A stretch of DNA of 32,000 nt from Breznakia blatticola (GCF_004365815.1 NZ_SODD01000020.1:1-32000); one strand, 5' to 3'; shown: positions 1 to 8,057, counted from the stretch's first letter. Numbers and translations are program-made. The notes: a model not told the origin generated them from the sequence alone.

Positions 1-85
1 TACCATCACAAGAAATGCTTTAAAGACACATAAATTATTCAGTACTTATCAGTGATTTATCGAGACTTGGTATGCACTGGTTGAA

Positions 86-952
86 TTAAGCCAATAATTT
101 TTCTTGTTTGTGCGTATTCTTTGCATCATAAGTGAGTGGGTATTGTTTTCGTAGTTTTCCGATGTATTTGTAGAGATGGGTACGGTATTCGTTTTTATAC
201 TCTCTATCTTGATACATACGATTGAGTTTATCATAAAGGTGCGGATGGGTATGTCGAATACTTTGGAAAAATACTTTACGTGTTTGTCCACGTAAATACA
301 TCATACCTGGCATAATATAGTCAAAGTCATGATCATAAGCAAATTTATACAAAGTGTGCAAACTATCTTTGTGATCTGTAATATATGGAATGATTGGCAT
401 TAAGTGAATACCAATGGTTGCGAAGGTTTCTTTTTTTAATATAGATGCTGCTTCTAATCGACTTGTTGAACTACTTGCACCACTTTCTATTTGTTTTGCA
501 ATATCATCATTTGTAGTTGTCACAGTAAATGCAATATTAACTGATGCAACTTCTGATAACTGTTTCCACAAATCCAAATCACGTAAGATGAGTGCAGACT
601 TCGTTGAAATATTTGTAGGCCATTTATGTTTGATTAAAACGGCTAATACGTCGCGCATCAATTCAAATTTCTTTTCAAGTGGTTGATAGCTATCGCATAC
701 ACCACCTAAGTTAATAGTGCCTTTTTCTTTGATCTTGGATAGTTCTTTATCGAGTACTTCAGCAATATTTTCTTTCACAAAGATGGTTTCATAATAATCA
801 TCAGATTCCATGTATTTGTGTGAGTAGATTGCATAACAATATATACACTTATGCATACATCCTCGATAAATATTCAAATCATAAGGAAAAGGAAGCCGAC
901 CAGGCTTCAATTTATGTAATGCACTTTTTGCTTGAATGATTTGAATGTTCAT
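86..952 (-). CDS. Radical SAM protein, SplB/COG1533-like (SPL family; substrate unknown)
   Basis: 288-aa ORF. N-terminal YRGCMHKCIYCYA contains the CxxxCxxC radical-SAM 4Fe-4S motif. GGVCDSYQPLE and the overall length are typical of SPL-like radical SAM proteins. No clear SD upstream of the ATG. Confidence 0.75.
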   Translation of the reverse strand: MNIQIIQAKSALHKLKPGRLPFPYDLNIYRGCMHKCIYCYAIYSHKYMESDDYYETIFVKENIAEVLDKELSKIKEKGTINLGGVCDSYQPLEKKFELMRDVLAVLIKHKWPTNISTKSALILRDLDLWKQLSEVASVNIAFTVTTTNDDIAKQIESGASSSTSRLEAASILKKETFATIGIHLMPIIPYITDHKDSLHTLYKFAYDHDFDYIMPGMMYLRGQTRKVFFQSIRHTHPHLYDKLNRMYQDREYKNEYRTHLYKYIGKLRKQYPLTYDAKNTHKQEKLLA

Positions 953-1035
953 ATATCTATAGTAGCACGATTTATAACAAAGGGGATGTTAGAATGACAA
1001 GCAGTGTATTATAATAGAGAAAAATGAGGTGCAAG

Positions 1036-1515
1036 ATGCGAAAAGCGAACAGAGAAATTAAAGATCGAAATGAAGTATTAGAAGTGATAAAGAATAGTGA
1101 TGTATGTCGAGTTGCATTTTTTGATAAAGAGTATCCATATATTTTGCCATTCAACTTTGGTTTTACTGAGGAAGATGGACAACTCGTGTTATATTTTCAT
1201 GGTGCTTTGGAAGGTAGAAAATATGAACTGATGCAAGCTAATCCAAATGTAGGGTTTGAAATGGATGGAAAGCATGAGTTGATGTATGATCATGAACATG
1301 GCAACTGCACAATGGCGTATGAAAGTGTGGTAGGTACTGGCAAAATAGAAATTATTGATGATACAGATTTCGATAAGAAAATGAAAGGACTACAAATTAT
1401 TCTAGATCATTATCGTGAACCAGATTTTCCGATCAATGAAAAGGTTGTTGGTTTTACAAGAGTATTTAAACTAACGGTTACTGAGATGAAAGGAAAACGA
1501 CGTCCTGCATTATAA
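1036..1515 (+). CDS. Pyridoxamine 5'-phosphate oxidase family (Pyridox_ox_2 / NimA-like FMN-binding split-barrel) protein
   Basis: Sequence MRKANREIKDRNEVLEVIKNSDVCRVAFFDKEYPYILPFNFGF...LYFHGALEGRKYELMQANPNVGFEMD matches the family pattern as I recall it. GAGGTG SD lies 4 nt before the ATG at 1036. The track ORF starts 12 nt earlier, at 1024. Confidence 0.8.
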   Translation: MRKANREIKDRNEVLEVIKNSDVCRVAFFDKEYPYILPFNFGFTEEDGQLVLYFHGALEGRKYELMQANPNVGFEMDGKHELMYDHEHGNCTMAYESVVGTGKIEIIDDTDFDKKMKGLQIILDHYREPDFPINEKVVGFTRVFKLTVTEMKGKRRPAL

Positions 1516-1519
1516 CCCG

Positions 1520-1526
1520 GGAAATG
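1520..1526. repeat. Left copy of flanking direct repeat GGAAATG (putative target-site duplication of the IS)
   Basis: GGAAATG directly abuts the left IR, and the same 7-mer directly abuts the right IR at 3553-3559. Confidence 0.6.
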
Positions 1527-1545
1527 GTTACTATTCACCGATAAA
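1527..1545. repeat. IS left terminal inverted repeat (IRL)
   Basis: GTTACTATTCACCGATAAA is the exact reverse complement of 3534-3552. Confidence 0.85.
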
Positions 1546-1590
1546 CGGAAAGTTTTAAAAAAACTTTCCCACAACTTTCATAAATAAGTG

Positions 1591-1683
1591 AAGCCCATTT
1601 AAGCTTTCTAAGCAATTGTTTGCACATTACCCTTCGAGATATGACACTGATTGCTTAGATAACTTTAGGGCTTTTCTTTTTTG
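1591..1683 (+). terminator. Compound hairpin plus T-run inside the IS, upstream of the transposase gene (possible read-through barrier)
   Basis: AAGCCC (1591-1596) pairs with GGGCTT (1668-1673). TCTAAGCAA (1607-1615) pairs with TTGCTTAGA (1651-1659). The structure is followed by TTTTCTTTTTTG. Confidence 0.45.
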
Positions 1684-1811
1684 TCTAAAAGCTTTTTTAC
1701 GTTTGACGAGGCAATTTTTATGCTTGTCTTAACTGAAAAGTTTTCCACATTCTAGTGGTATTTACTTCTTGTTTATCTGTGCTATTCTAGGTATAACAAG
1801 AGGTAAATTCT

Positions 1812-3512
1812 ATGGCATTTAATCTATCAAGTTTACGTACTGATCCCCAACAACTATTAGAGTTCAAAGAATATATAGATGAAACAGTTGTATTTACAAT
1901 TGAAAAACAGGAGAAGCAAATTCAACGATTAAACGATAGGCTGAAAACATATGAAGCAAATAAAATACGTTTATTAAGTCAAAATTCAAATTTAAAATTT
2001 AAACTAAGGGATACGGAAATTCAATTATTTAATGCAAAATCAAAGCTAAGTGGTAAAGAAGAAGAGATTGTCGATCTTGAAAAATTAAGAAGAGAGCTCG
2101 AAGAATTAAAAAAAGAAGTTGAAGACGAACTCGCCGAGATACGAAAAGAACGCCAAGAAGACTATGAGGAAATGGAGAAAATTCGTAAAGAAAATCGTAG
2201 GTTAAATAATAAGTTCAAACTAAACTCTACTAACTCGAGTATTCCATCCTCACAGCAAGGTTTTCGAGAAGTGAAAAACTCACGAGTAAAAACAGGACGA
2301 AAAGTTGGTGGTCAAAAGGGCCACGCAGGACATTTTTCAAAACTTTCAAAGGAAGTAGATACGATTATTGAAAAAAGAGTGAAGAAAATACCAACAGGAG
2401 CAAAGGCTGTTTATGATAAAGAGAATAATTATCTTTATCATGCAACACAAGAAATAGATTTAGAGTATAAGACGAAAACGATTGAAGTTCGTTATTTTTT
2501 AGATGCTAGACAAGGAAAAAAATTAAGTCAGAAAGAAATGGACACATATGAAATAAATGCTGTATCATACTCCAATAATTTTAAGGCACATACATTATAT
2601 GTAGCAAACAAGGGCGTCATCGCGGTCAAACGTTTATGTGAAATGTATCATGATATGAGTGACGGAGAAATTAACTTGAGGCCGTCAACAATTAAACGAT
2701 GGGAGAAACAATTTCACAAGGATGCGCAACCAGTAATTGAAGAGATTAAAAATAAATTGCTTGAGAGCAATTGTTTATTCGTTGACGAAACTGGTTGGAA
2801 AACGGATGGCAAAAAAAACTGGGTGCAGATAATGACGAGTGAAAAACACGCGTTATATTTCATGGTTGAGAAAAGAGGAATTGATCCGTTAGGTGTGCTA
2901 CCGCTATTGAAGGAATATAAGGGTGCACTTACACATGATCATTTTAAACCCTATTATCGACTAACAGAATGTATACATGTAGAATGCAATGCGCATATAT
3001 TAAGATCGTTGCAGCAAGGAATAGATTTGGATAATAGTCAAGCTTGTCATAAGATGCAAAAACATCTGCAAAAAATGTTGCATGAAAGGAACAAACTAAT
3101 TGCAAAAGGAATAACAGAGTTTGATGATGAAGTAATTGAAACATACACAAAAGAATATCGACAAATTCTAGATAATGAAATTGAACGATATGAAAAGGAG
3201 AATCCAAATATCAAGCATAAAAGTACAGAAATGGATTACATTAAACTGTTTAGAAGAATGAAAGAGTATGAGGGAGCACATTTACAATTCATGCATGATT
3301 TTACTGTGCCATTCACGAACAACGATGCTGAGCGAGGAATTCGAAAAATAAAAACACATAAGAAGATATCAACACAAAGTAAAACCAAAGATGGAGCACA
3401 AGCGTTAGCAACGGTTACATCAATAGTACAAACATGCAACTTGCAAAACACGAATTCAAAAGAAGCAATAGAAACCATATTAAACAAAGGCGTACCGAAG
3501 TTTATTGACTAA
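1812..3512 (+). CDS. IS66-family transposase (TnpC-like DDE)
   Basis: 566 aa with an N-terminal coiled-coil/leucine-zipper region. Contains GGQKGHAGH, LFVDETGW (first D), THDHFKPYY, CNAHILR (the CwAHxRR motif) and TNNDAERGIRKIK, as expected for IS66 TnpC. SD AAGAGG precedes the ATG, and an extended -10 TGcTATTCT lies at 1780-1788. Confidence 0.9.
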   Translation: MAFNLSSLRTDPQQLLEFKEYIDETVVFTIEKQEKQIQRLNDRLKTYEANKIRLLSQNSNLKFKLRDTEIQLFNAKSKLSGKEEEIVDLEKLRRELEELKKEVEDELAEIRKERQEDYEEMEKIRKENRRLNNKFKLNSTNSSIPSSQQGFREVKNSRVKTGRKVGGQKGHAGHFSKLSKEVDTIIEKRVKKIPTGAKAVYDKENNYLYHATQEIDLEYKTKTIEVRYFLDARQGKKLSQKEMDTYEINAVSYSNNFKAHTLYVANKGVIAVKRLCEMYHDMSDGEINLRPSTIKRWEKQFHKDAQPVIEEIKNKLLESNCLFVDETGWKTDGKKNWVQIMTSEKHALYFMVEKRGIDPLGVLPLLKEYKGALTHDHFKPYYRLTECIHVECNAHILRSLQQGIDLDNSQACHKMQKHLQKMLHERNKLIAKGITEFDDEVIETYTKEYRQILDNEIERYEKENPNIKHKSTEMDYIKLFRRMKEYEGAHLQFMHDFTVPFTNNDAERGIRKIKTHKKISTQSKTKDGAQALATVTSIVQTCNLQNTNSKEAIETILNKGVPKFID

Positions 3513-3533
3513 GGAACGCCTTTGTTTTAAGTA

Positions 3534-3552
3534 TTTATCGGTGAATAGTAAC
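3534..3552. repeat. IS right terminal inverted repeat (IRR)
   Basis: TTTATCGGTGAATAGTAAC is the exact reverse complement of IRL. Confidence 0.85.
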
Positions 3553-3559
3553 GGAAATG
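3553..3559. repeat. Right copy of flanking direct repeat GGAAATG
   Basis: Identical 7-mer to 1520-1526, directly abutting IRR. Confidence 0.6.
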
Positions 3560-3590
3560 ATATAAAAATAATAAAAAACTGTTACTTTTG

Positions 3591-3620
3591 TTGATAAAAG
3601 TAGGTGTTTATGAGTATAAT
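3591..3620 (+). promoter_or_regulatory. Sigma-A-type promoter of the cysS T-box leader
   Basis: TTGATA (3591-3596), 18-bp spacer, TATAAT (3615-3620). Confidence 0.5.
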
Positions 3621-3626
3621 GTGCAA

Positions 3627-3806
3627 GAACATCCATGATGAAGAAAAGAACATAGGAAACGTGTATAGCGAGAACTTGGTTGGTGAAAAAGTTTGACGTG
3701 ACTGTGTAGATGCAACTTCTAGATGAACCGTATCCTTGACGTTATCAAGCAACGAGAACCAAGTAGAGTGGAACCGCGACTTTTCGCCTCTATGATGGTT
3801 TTTTTA
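3627..3806 (+). promoter_or_regulatory. T-box riboswitch leader, cysteine-specific (UGC specifier), with terminator
   Basis: Stem I elements AGCGAGAA (AG bay, from 3667) and TTGGTGAAAA (distal loop, 3680-3689). TGC followed by A at 3711-3714 in the specifier position. T-box core GTGGAACCGCG at 3768-3778. Terminator arms AACCA..TAGAG / CTCTA..TGGTT span 3757-3800 and are followed by a T7 run at 3799-3805. Confidence 0.85.
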
Positions 3807-3822
3807 TTTTTTGGAGGAAGCT

Positions 3823-5157
3823 ATGAAACTATATAACTCATTACATAACAAGATTGAAGAATTTAAACCAATTGTGGAAGGAAAGGTTTCCATGTATGCG
3901 TGTGGACCAACGGTTTATAATTATCCACATATTGGAAATGCACGCCCAATCGTAATTTTTGATACCTTAAAGAAAACCTTTGAAGCAAGTGGTTATGAAG
4001 TAAAGTATGTAAGTAACTTTACGGACGTAGATGATAAAATCATCAACAAGGCGCAAGAAGAAGGTGTAAATGAAGATGCTATCAGTGACCGTTACATTGA
4101 TGCATATAATGCAGACCGTGCAGCGCTCCATGCAAACTTGCCTGATGCAACACCACGCGTAACAGAAACGATGGATGCGATTATTGCCTTTATTAAGGAT
4201 TTAGTTGATACAGGTTTTGCCTATGAAATTGATGGCGATGTATACTTTCGCGTAAATAAAGTAGATGCTTATGGAAAACTTTCTAGTCAAAAAATTGAAG
4301 ACTTGGTCGTTGGGGCAAGAATCGATGAAAATGATAAGAAGGAAAGTCCATTAGATTTCACCTTGTGGAAACAAACAGACAAAGGAATCAAATGGGATTC
4401 ACCTTGGGGTCAAGGACGTCCAGGATGGCATACGGAATGTGTGGTTATGATTTCTAATGAATTTGGTGGAACACCAATTGATATCCATGGCGGGGGAATG
4501 GATTTAAAATTCCCGCACCATGAAAATGAAATGGCGCAAAGTTGTGCACATGACCATAGTGGACTTGCCAATTACTGGGTACATAATGGAATGGTAAACA
4601 TCGATGGTGAAAAAATGTCAAAATCATTGGGAAATGTAATTTGGGCTCGTGATTTCATTGAGAAACTTGGAGGAAATCTTGTGCGTTGGGTACTATTATC
4701 TGCACACTATCGCGCACCGCTTAATATTTCAGAAGAAACCATTGATACTGCAAGAAAAGAGCTTGATAAAGTAAGTAATCCATTAAAACAAGCATATGTG
4801 AAATTATCACTTGCAGGTGCAAGTAGCAAAGGTGAAGTAATAGATGCAGAATTTGGACCATTTATTGAGGCGATGCAAGATGATTTAAATACAGAGAATG
4901 CATTTATGTCATTATTTGATACGGTGAAACGTTTTAATCAAAACTTACGTCAAAGAGAAATTGATGTTGATGTAGTGGCAAACCACATTGAAACAATTCA
5001 AAAGATGTTGTATGTATTAGGAATTGAAATTGCACCTATTGTGTTGAGTGATGAAGATAAACACTTATACCAAAAATGGAATGAAGCAAAAGCAAATAAA
5101 GACTTTGATGTTGCAGATAACTATCGCCAACAACTACAAGAAAAAGGAATTCTCTAA
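3823..5157 (+). CDS. cysS: Cysteine--tRNA ligase
   Basis: Class I aaRS motifs HIGN (YPHIGNARP) and KMSKS are present, together with the Zn-binding context (CGPT...HTEC). GGAGGA SD at 3813-3818. The ATG at 3823 is preferred over the TTG at 3811 used in the track. Confidence 0.95.
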   Translation: MKLYNSLHNKIEEFKPIVEGKVSMYACGPTVYNYPHIGNARPIVIFDTLKKTFEASGYEVKYVSNFTDVDDKIINKAQEEGVNEDAISDRYIDAYNADRAALHANLPDATPRVTETMDAIIAFIKDLVDTGFAYEIDGDVYFRVNKVDAYGKLSSQKIEDLVVGARIDENDKKESPLDFTLWKQTDKGIKWDSPWGQGRPGWHTECVVMISNEFGGTPIDIHGGGMDLKFPHHENEMAQSCAHDHSGLANYWVHNGMVNIDGEKMSKSLGNVIWARDFIEKLGGNLVRWVLLSAHYRAPLNISEETIDTARKELDKVSNPLKQAYVKLSLAGASSKGEVIDAEFGPFIEAMQDDLNTENAFMSLFDTVKRFNQNLRQREIDVDVVANHIETIQKMLYVLGIEIAPIVLSDEDKHLYQKWNEAKANKDFDVADNYRQQLQEKGIL

Positions 5158-5537
5158 TGGAGTTGCAAGGATTAAATGGAACTACCTTAGCATATATTGG
5201 AGATGCTTTATATAGTTTACAAATTCGTGAGTACTTAGTAGAGAAAGGTTTACAAAGACCCAATGATTTACAAAAAGAAAGCGTGAAATATGTAAGTGCT
5301 GTTGCACAAGCAAAGTTTTTGCAAGCGATGCTTGAACAAGGACTACTAACAACAGAAGAACAAGCAATCGTAAAAAGAGGACGCAATACAAATATTCACT
5401 CGCGTGCCAAGAATGCAGATATGATTACGTATCGATTTTCTACAGGTTTTGAAGCCTTGTGGGGATACTTGTATCTATCTAAACAAAGGGAACGTATAGA
5501 CGAGTTATTGAAATTTGTACTTGCACAGGAGGTGTAA
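5157..5537 (+). CDS. mrnC: Mini-ribonuclease 3 (Mini-III, YazC)
   Basis: 126 aa. LAYIGDALYSLQIREYL is the RNase III signature of Mini-III. Its syntenic position after cysS matches Bacillus. The start overlaps the cysS stop (TAATG). Confidence 0.85.
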   Translation: MELQGLNGTTLAYIGDALYSLQIREYLVEKGLQRPNDLQKESVKYVSAVAQAKFLQAMLEQGLLTTEEQAIVKRGRNTNIHSRAKNADMITYRFSTGFEALWGYLYLSKQRERIDELLKFVLAQEV

Positions 5538-5538
5538 G

Positions 5539-6258
5539 ATGACACAAATTGTTTTCGGAAAGAATGTCGTTCGACAGTTACTAAATGATAATAAGAACAT
5601 TCATAATTTATGGATTTTAGAAGGATTTAAGGATAAAGAGATTTTATCGTTAATATATAATCGAAAGATTTCGTTTAAGAATTGTGGACGTAAAAAACTT
5701 GATGAACTTGCAAACGGGGGAAATCACCAAGGGATTGTTGCTGAAATTGATGCGTATAAATATGCAGATATTCATCAGTTGGTTGATTCCATTGATAAAG
5801 AATATCCACTACTTGTATTGTTGGATGGACTAGAAGATCCACATAATTTGGGAGCGATATTACGAACATGTGATGCAGTTGGTGCTGATGGAGTCATTAT
5901 TGGAAAACATCGTAGTGTTTCATTAAATCCAACAGTAGCCAAAGTATCCACAGGGGCAATTGATTATGTGCCAGTGTGCCAAGTCACAAATCTAGCAAAT
6001 ACCTTGCGTGATTTGAAAAAGAAAGGCTATTGGGTGATTGGTAGTGATATGTATCAAGCGCAAGATTATAGTACACCTGACTATAAAATGCCAATTGTAT
6101 TAGTGATTGGTAGTGAAGGGTATGGAATGAGTGATGTGGTAAAGAAACAATGTGATATGTTTGTTAGTTTACCAATGGTTGGACATGTTACTTCTTTAAA
6201 TGCTTCAGTTGCCTGTGCAGTACTCCTATACGGAATCTATACAAATAGAAATAAATAA
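5539..6258 (+). CDS. rlmB: 23S rRNA 2'-O-methyltransferase, SpoU/TrmH family (RlmB/YacO)
   Basis: SpoU motifs LDGLEDPHNLGAILRTCDAVG, VIGSEGYGM and SLNASVACAVLLY. GGAGGTG SD precedes the ATG at 5539. Syntenic with Bacillus yacO. Confidence 0.85.
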   Translation: MTQIVFGKNVVRQLLNDNKNIHNLWILEGFKDKEILSLIYNRKISFKNCGRKKLDELANGGNHQGIVAEIDAYKYADIHQLVDSIDKEYPLLVLLDGLEDPHNLGAILRTCDAVGADGVIIGKHRSVSLNPTVAKVSTGAIDYVPVCQVTNLANTLRDLKKKGYWVIGSDMYQAQDYSTPDYKMPIVLVIGSEGYGMSDVVKKQCDMFVSLPMVGHVTSLNASVACAVLLYGIYTNRNK

Positions 6259-6275
6259 AGTTAGGGGGTGAAATT

Positions 6276-6911
6276 GTGAGTCATTGTCATCAAAATGACA
6301 ATGAGCTTCTATATTTGATTCGACAGGGCGATGAAGAGGCATTGTCATTGCTGATTGATGCATATAAGCGAATCATTCGCGCATATGTGCATGGCTATAG
6401 TTGCAAAGTGAAGACATCTTGCGATTTAGAAGATTTATATCAAGAGTGTATCATCGCATTATACAAAGCAGCCAATACGTATAAAGAAACGATGGACTGT
6501 AAGTTTAGTAGTTATTATCGTGTCGTGATGGAGCGTACGTGTTACAACTATCTTCGTTCTGCATACAATCTGAAGAATCGAGCAAATCAAAGTTTATTAT
6601 CTCTTGATCAATATGTATGTGAGCAAGGTGGCTTGCTGATTGGAGATATTATCGCTTGTGATCCGTGTATTGAACCAACATGGGCATTTGAAATCAAACA
6701 ACAAATGGTATCCATTCGTCGATGTGTGAAAAACATGGGTGAGAAAGAACAAAAGATATTCACTTTATGGGAACAAGATTACTCATATAAAGAGATATCA
6801 AGGATTTTATCTGAAGCAGAAAAAACGATTGATAATACGATGTATCGTTTGAAAAAAGATTTGCGTATTCAAATGATGAGTGCAGGATATAAACTACCCT
6901 CAAAGAAATGA
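6276..6911 (+). CDS. sigH: RNA polymerase sigma factor, sigma-70 family, SigH-like
   Basis: 211 aa with a GTG start after a GGGGGTG SD. Region 2 (LIRQGDEEAL...DLYQECIIALYKA) and a region 4 HTH (YSYKEISRILSEAEKTIDNTMYRLKK) are present. The position between rlmB and rpmG matches Bacillus sigH. Confidence 0.75.
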   Translation: MSHCHQNDNELLYLIRQGDEEALSLLIDAYKRIIRAYVHGYSCKVKTSCDLEDLYQECIIALYKAANTYKETMDCKFSSYYRVVMERTCYNYLRSAYNLKNRANQSLLSLDQYVCEQGGLLIGDIIACDPCIEPTWAFEIKQQMVSIRRCVKNMGEKEQKIFTLWEQDYSYKEISRILSEAEKTIDNTMYRLKKDLRIQMMSAGYKLPSKK

Positions 6912-6919
6912 ATTCAACC

Positions 6920-6975
6920 AACAAGGAAAATGAACGTAAGTGAATAAAATGCGTGCTTTTCCTTGTTTGTTTGTG
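6920..6975 (+). terminator. Possible terminator after the sigH-like gene (long-loop hairpin)
   Basis: AACAAGGAAAA (6920-6930) pairs with TTTTCCTTGTT (6957-6967), followed by TGTTTGT. The 26-nt loop and interrupted U-tract make this weak. Confidence 0.35.
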
Positions 6976-6998
6976 GTAGGATAAATATTAGACATTCA

Positions 6999-7027
6999 TT
7001 GACTAAGTAAAGGTCATATGATAAAGT
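6999..7027 (+). promoter_or_regulatory. Sigma-A-type promoter for rpmG-secE-nusG
   Basis: TTGACT (6999-7004), 17-bp spacer, TAAAGT (7022-7027), with TG at -15/-14 (TGaTAAAGT). Confidence 0.5.
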
Positions 7028-7049
7028 AATAAGGCAATGAGGTGATATC

Positions 7050-7214
7050 GTGGCTAATAATGGACAAGCACAAAAAGTGATACTGACATGTAGCGAATGT
7101 TTATCACGTAATTATTCAACAAAGAAGAATAAAACAACCTATACAGAACGTATGGAAATTAAGAAATTTTGTAAAAAGTGTGGAAAACACACGATTCATA
7201 AAGAAACAAAGTAG
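7050..7214 (+). CDS. rpmG: 50S ribosomal protein L33 (zinc-ribbon C+ form)
   Basis: Not in the ORF track because it is under 60 aa. GTG start after a GAGGTGA SD. My translation is [54 protein letters not shown], which carries two CxxC pairs. Syntenic position before secE. Confidence 0.9.
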   Translation: MANNGQAQKVILTCSECLSRNYSTKKNKTTYTERMEIKKFCKKCGKHTIHKETK

Positions 7215-7225
7215 GAGGAATCGAG

Positions 7226-7408
7226 ATGTTAAAATGGTTTAGTATCCGTGGGATTATAACTGAAATCAAGCGAATTCGTTGGTCATCACCAAAGGATCTT
7301 GCAAAAGATAGCGCAACTGTAATTATCTTTACAGCTGCATTTGCATTGTTCTTTTTGGCATGTACAGCGTTCAACGCATGGTTCTTGACGGATTTATTAG
7401 GTGTATAA
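7226..7408 (+). CDS. secE: Preprotein translocase subunit SecE
   Basis: 60 aa with a single C-terminal TM segment. The motif EIKRIRWSSPKDL is typical of SecE. AGGAGG SD upstream. Syntenic position. Confidence 0.85.
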   Translation: MLKWFSIRGIITEIKRIRWSSPKDLAKDSATVIIFTAAFALFFLACTAFNAWFLTDLLGV

Positions 7409-7411
7409 TAT

Positions 7412-7999
7412 ATGAGTGAAATAAAAAAAGAATGGTATGTAGTAAATACATATGCAGGACATGAAAATAAAGTAAAGTTGAACTTGGAACGTCGTGTAGA
7501 AACAATGGGTCTACAAGATTCACTATTCCAAATCATCGTTGCTGAAGAAACAGAAATCGAATACAAAAACGGTAAAAAAGTTGAGAAGGTAAAAAACCTT
7601 TTCCCTGGATACTTATTTGTTGAAATGATGATGACTGATGAAGCTTGGTATATTGTTCGTAATACGCCTGGTGTTACAGGATTTATCGGATCAAGTGGTG
7701 GTGGGGCAAAACCATTCCCAGTTGCTGAAGATGAAATTGATTCTATCCTACGTCGTTTAGGAATGAGTGAAAAGAAAGTCAACGTGGATTTCGAAGTTGG
7801 AGATCACGTACGTATTCTTGATGGACCATTTGCAAACATGGAAGGAACAGTTGAAGAATTAAATGCAGAAACACAAGTTGCAACTGTATTAACAACACTG
7901 TTTGGTAGAGAAACACCTGCAGAAATTGGATATGCTGATTTAGAAAAGTCAGAATATACAAAAACATTAGAAGATGTAAAACTAGTGGAAGAAGAATAA
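7412..7999 (+). CDS. nusG: Transcription termination/antitermination factor NusG
   Basis: NGN domain (WYVVNTYAGHENKV) and KOW domain (GDHVRILDGPFANMEGTV). Carries an acidic ~20-aa C-terminal extension. Confidence 0.95.
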   Translation: MSEIKKEWYVVNTYAGHENKVKLNLERRVETMGLQDSLFQIIVAEETEIEYKNGKKVEKVKNLFPGYLFVEMMMTDEAWYIVRNTPGVTGFIGSSGGGAKPFPVAEDEIDSILRRLGMSEKKVNVDFEVGDHVRILDGPFANMEGTVEELNAETQVATVLTTLFGRETPAEIGYADLEKSEYTKTLEDVKLVEEE

Positions 8000-8015
8000 T
8001 CTTCTACTTTTTTTA
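7984..8015 (+). terminator. Intrinsic terminator after nusG
   Basis: AGTGGAAGA (7984-7992) pairs with TCTTCTACT (8000-8008) over 9 bp including one G-U, followed by a T7 run. It overlaps the nusG stop codon. Confidence 0.75.
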
Positions 8016-8057
8016 TGGAATATGATATAAAATAAACGTGGAAAGGTTGGACGTATT

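Larger units (their letters stand above)
1527..3552 (+). mobile_element. IS66-family insertion sequence, single-ORF (ISBst12-like) type, 2,026 bp, apparently intact
   Basis: Perfect 19-bp terminal inverted repeats (GTTACTATTCACCGATAAA / TTTATCGGTGAATAGTAAC). Flanking 7-bp direct repeat. One uninterrupted 566-aa transposase ORF with IS66 signature motifs. Confidence 0.85.

Noticed and set aside
1519-3560. An 8-bp target-site duplication, as expected for the IS66 family
   Set aside because: The 8-mers flanking the IRs differ (GGGAAATG versus GGAAATGA). Only the 7-bp GGAAATG is shared, so I report a 7-bp repeat and flag the discrepancy rather than forcing an 8-bp call.
5515-5538. Upstream alternative starts offered by the ORF track (also 1024, 3811, 8726, 24543 and 28167)
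   Set aside because: In each case a downstream ATG is preceded by a well-spaced SD and gives the family-typical N-terminus. The upstream starts are non-ATG codons or lack an SD.
6909-6911. Possibility of Mollicutes-type genetic code (TGA = Trp), given the low GC and long RpoB
   Set aside because: TGA terminates the sigH-like ORF at the expected length. Trp is encoded by TGG in conserved positions, for example in secE and nusG. No conserved gene needs TGA read-through.
7159-7782. 207-aa minus-strand ORF
   Set aside because: It lies entirely antisense to the strongly supported rpmG, secE and nusG genes. The translation is low-complexity and Ser/Phe/Ile-rich with no SD. It is a typical shadow ORF.
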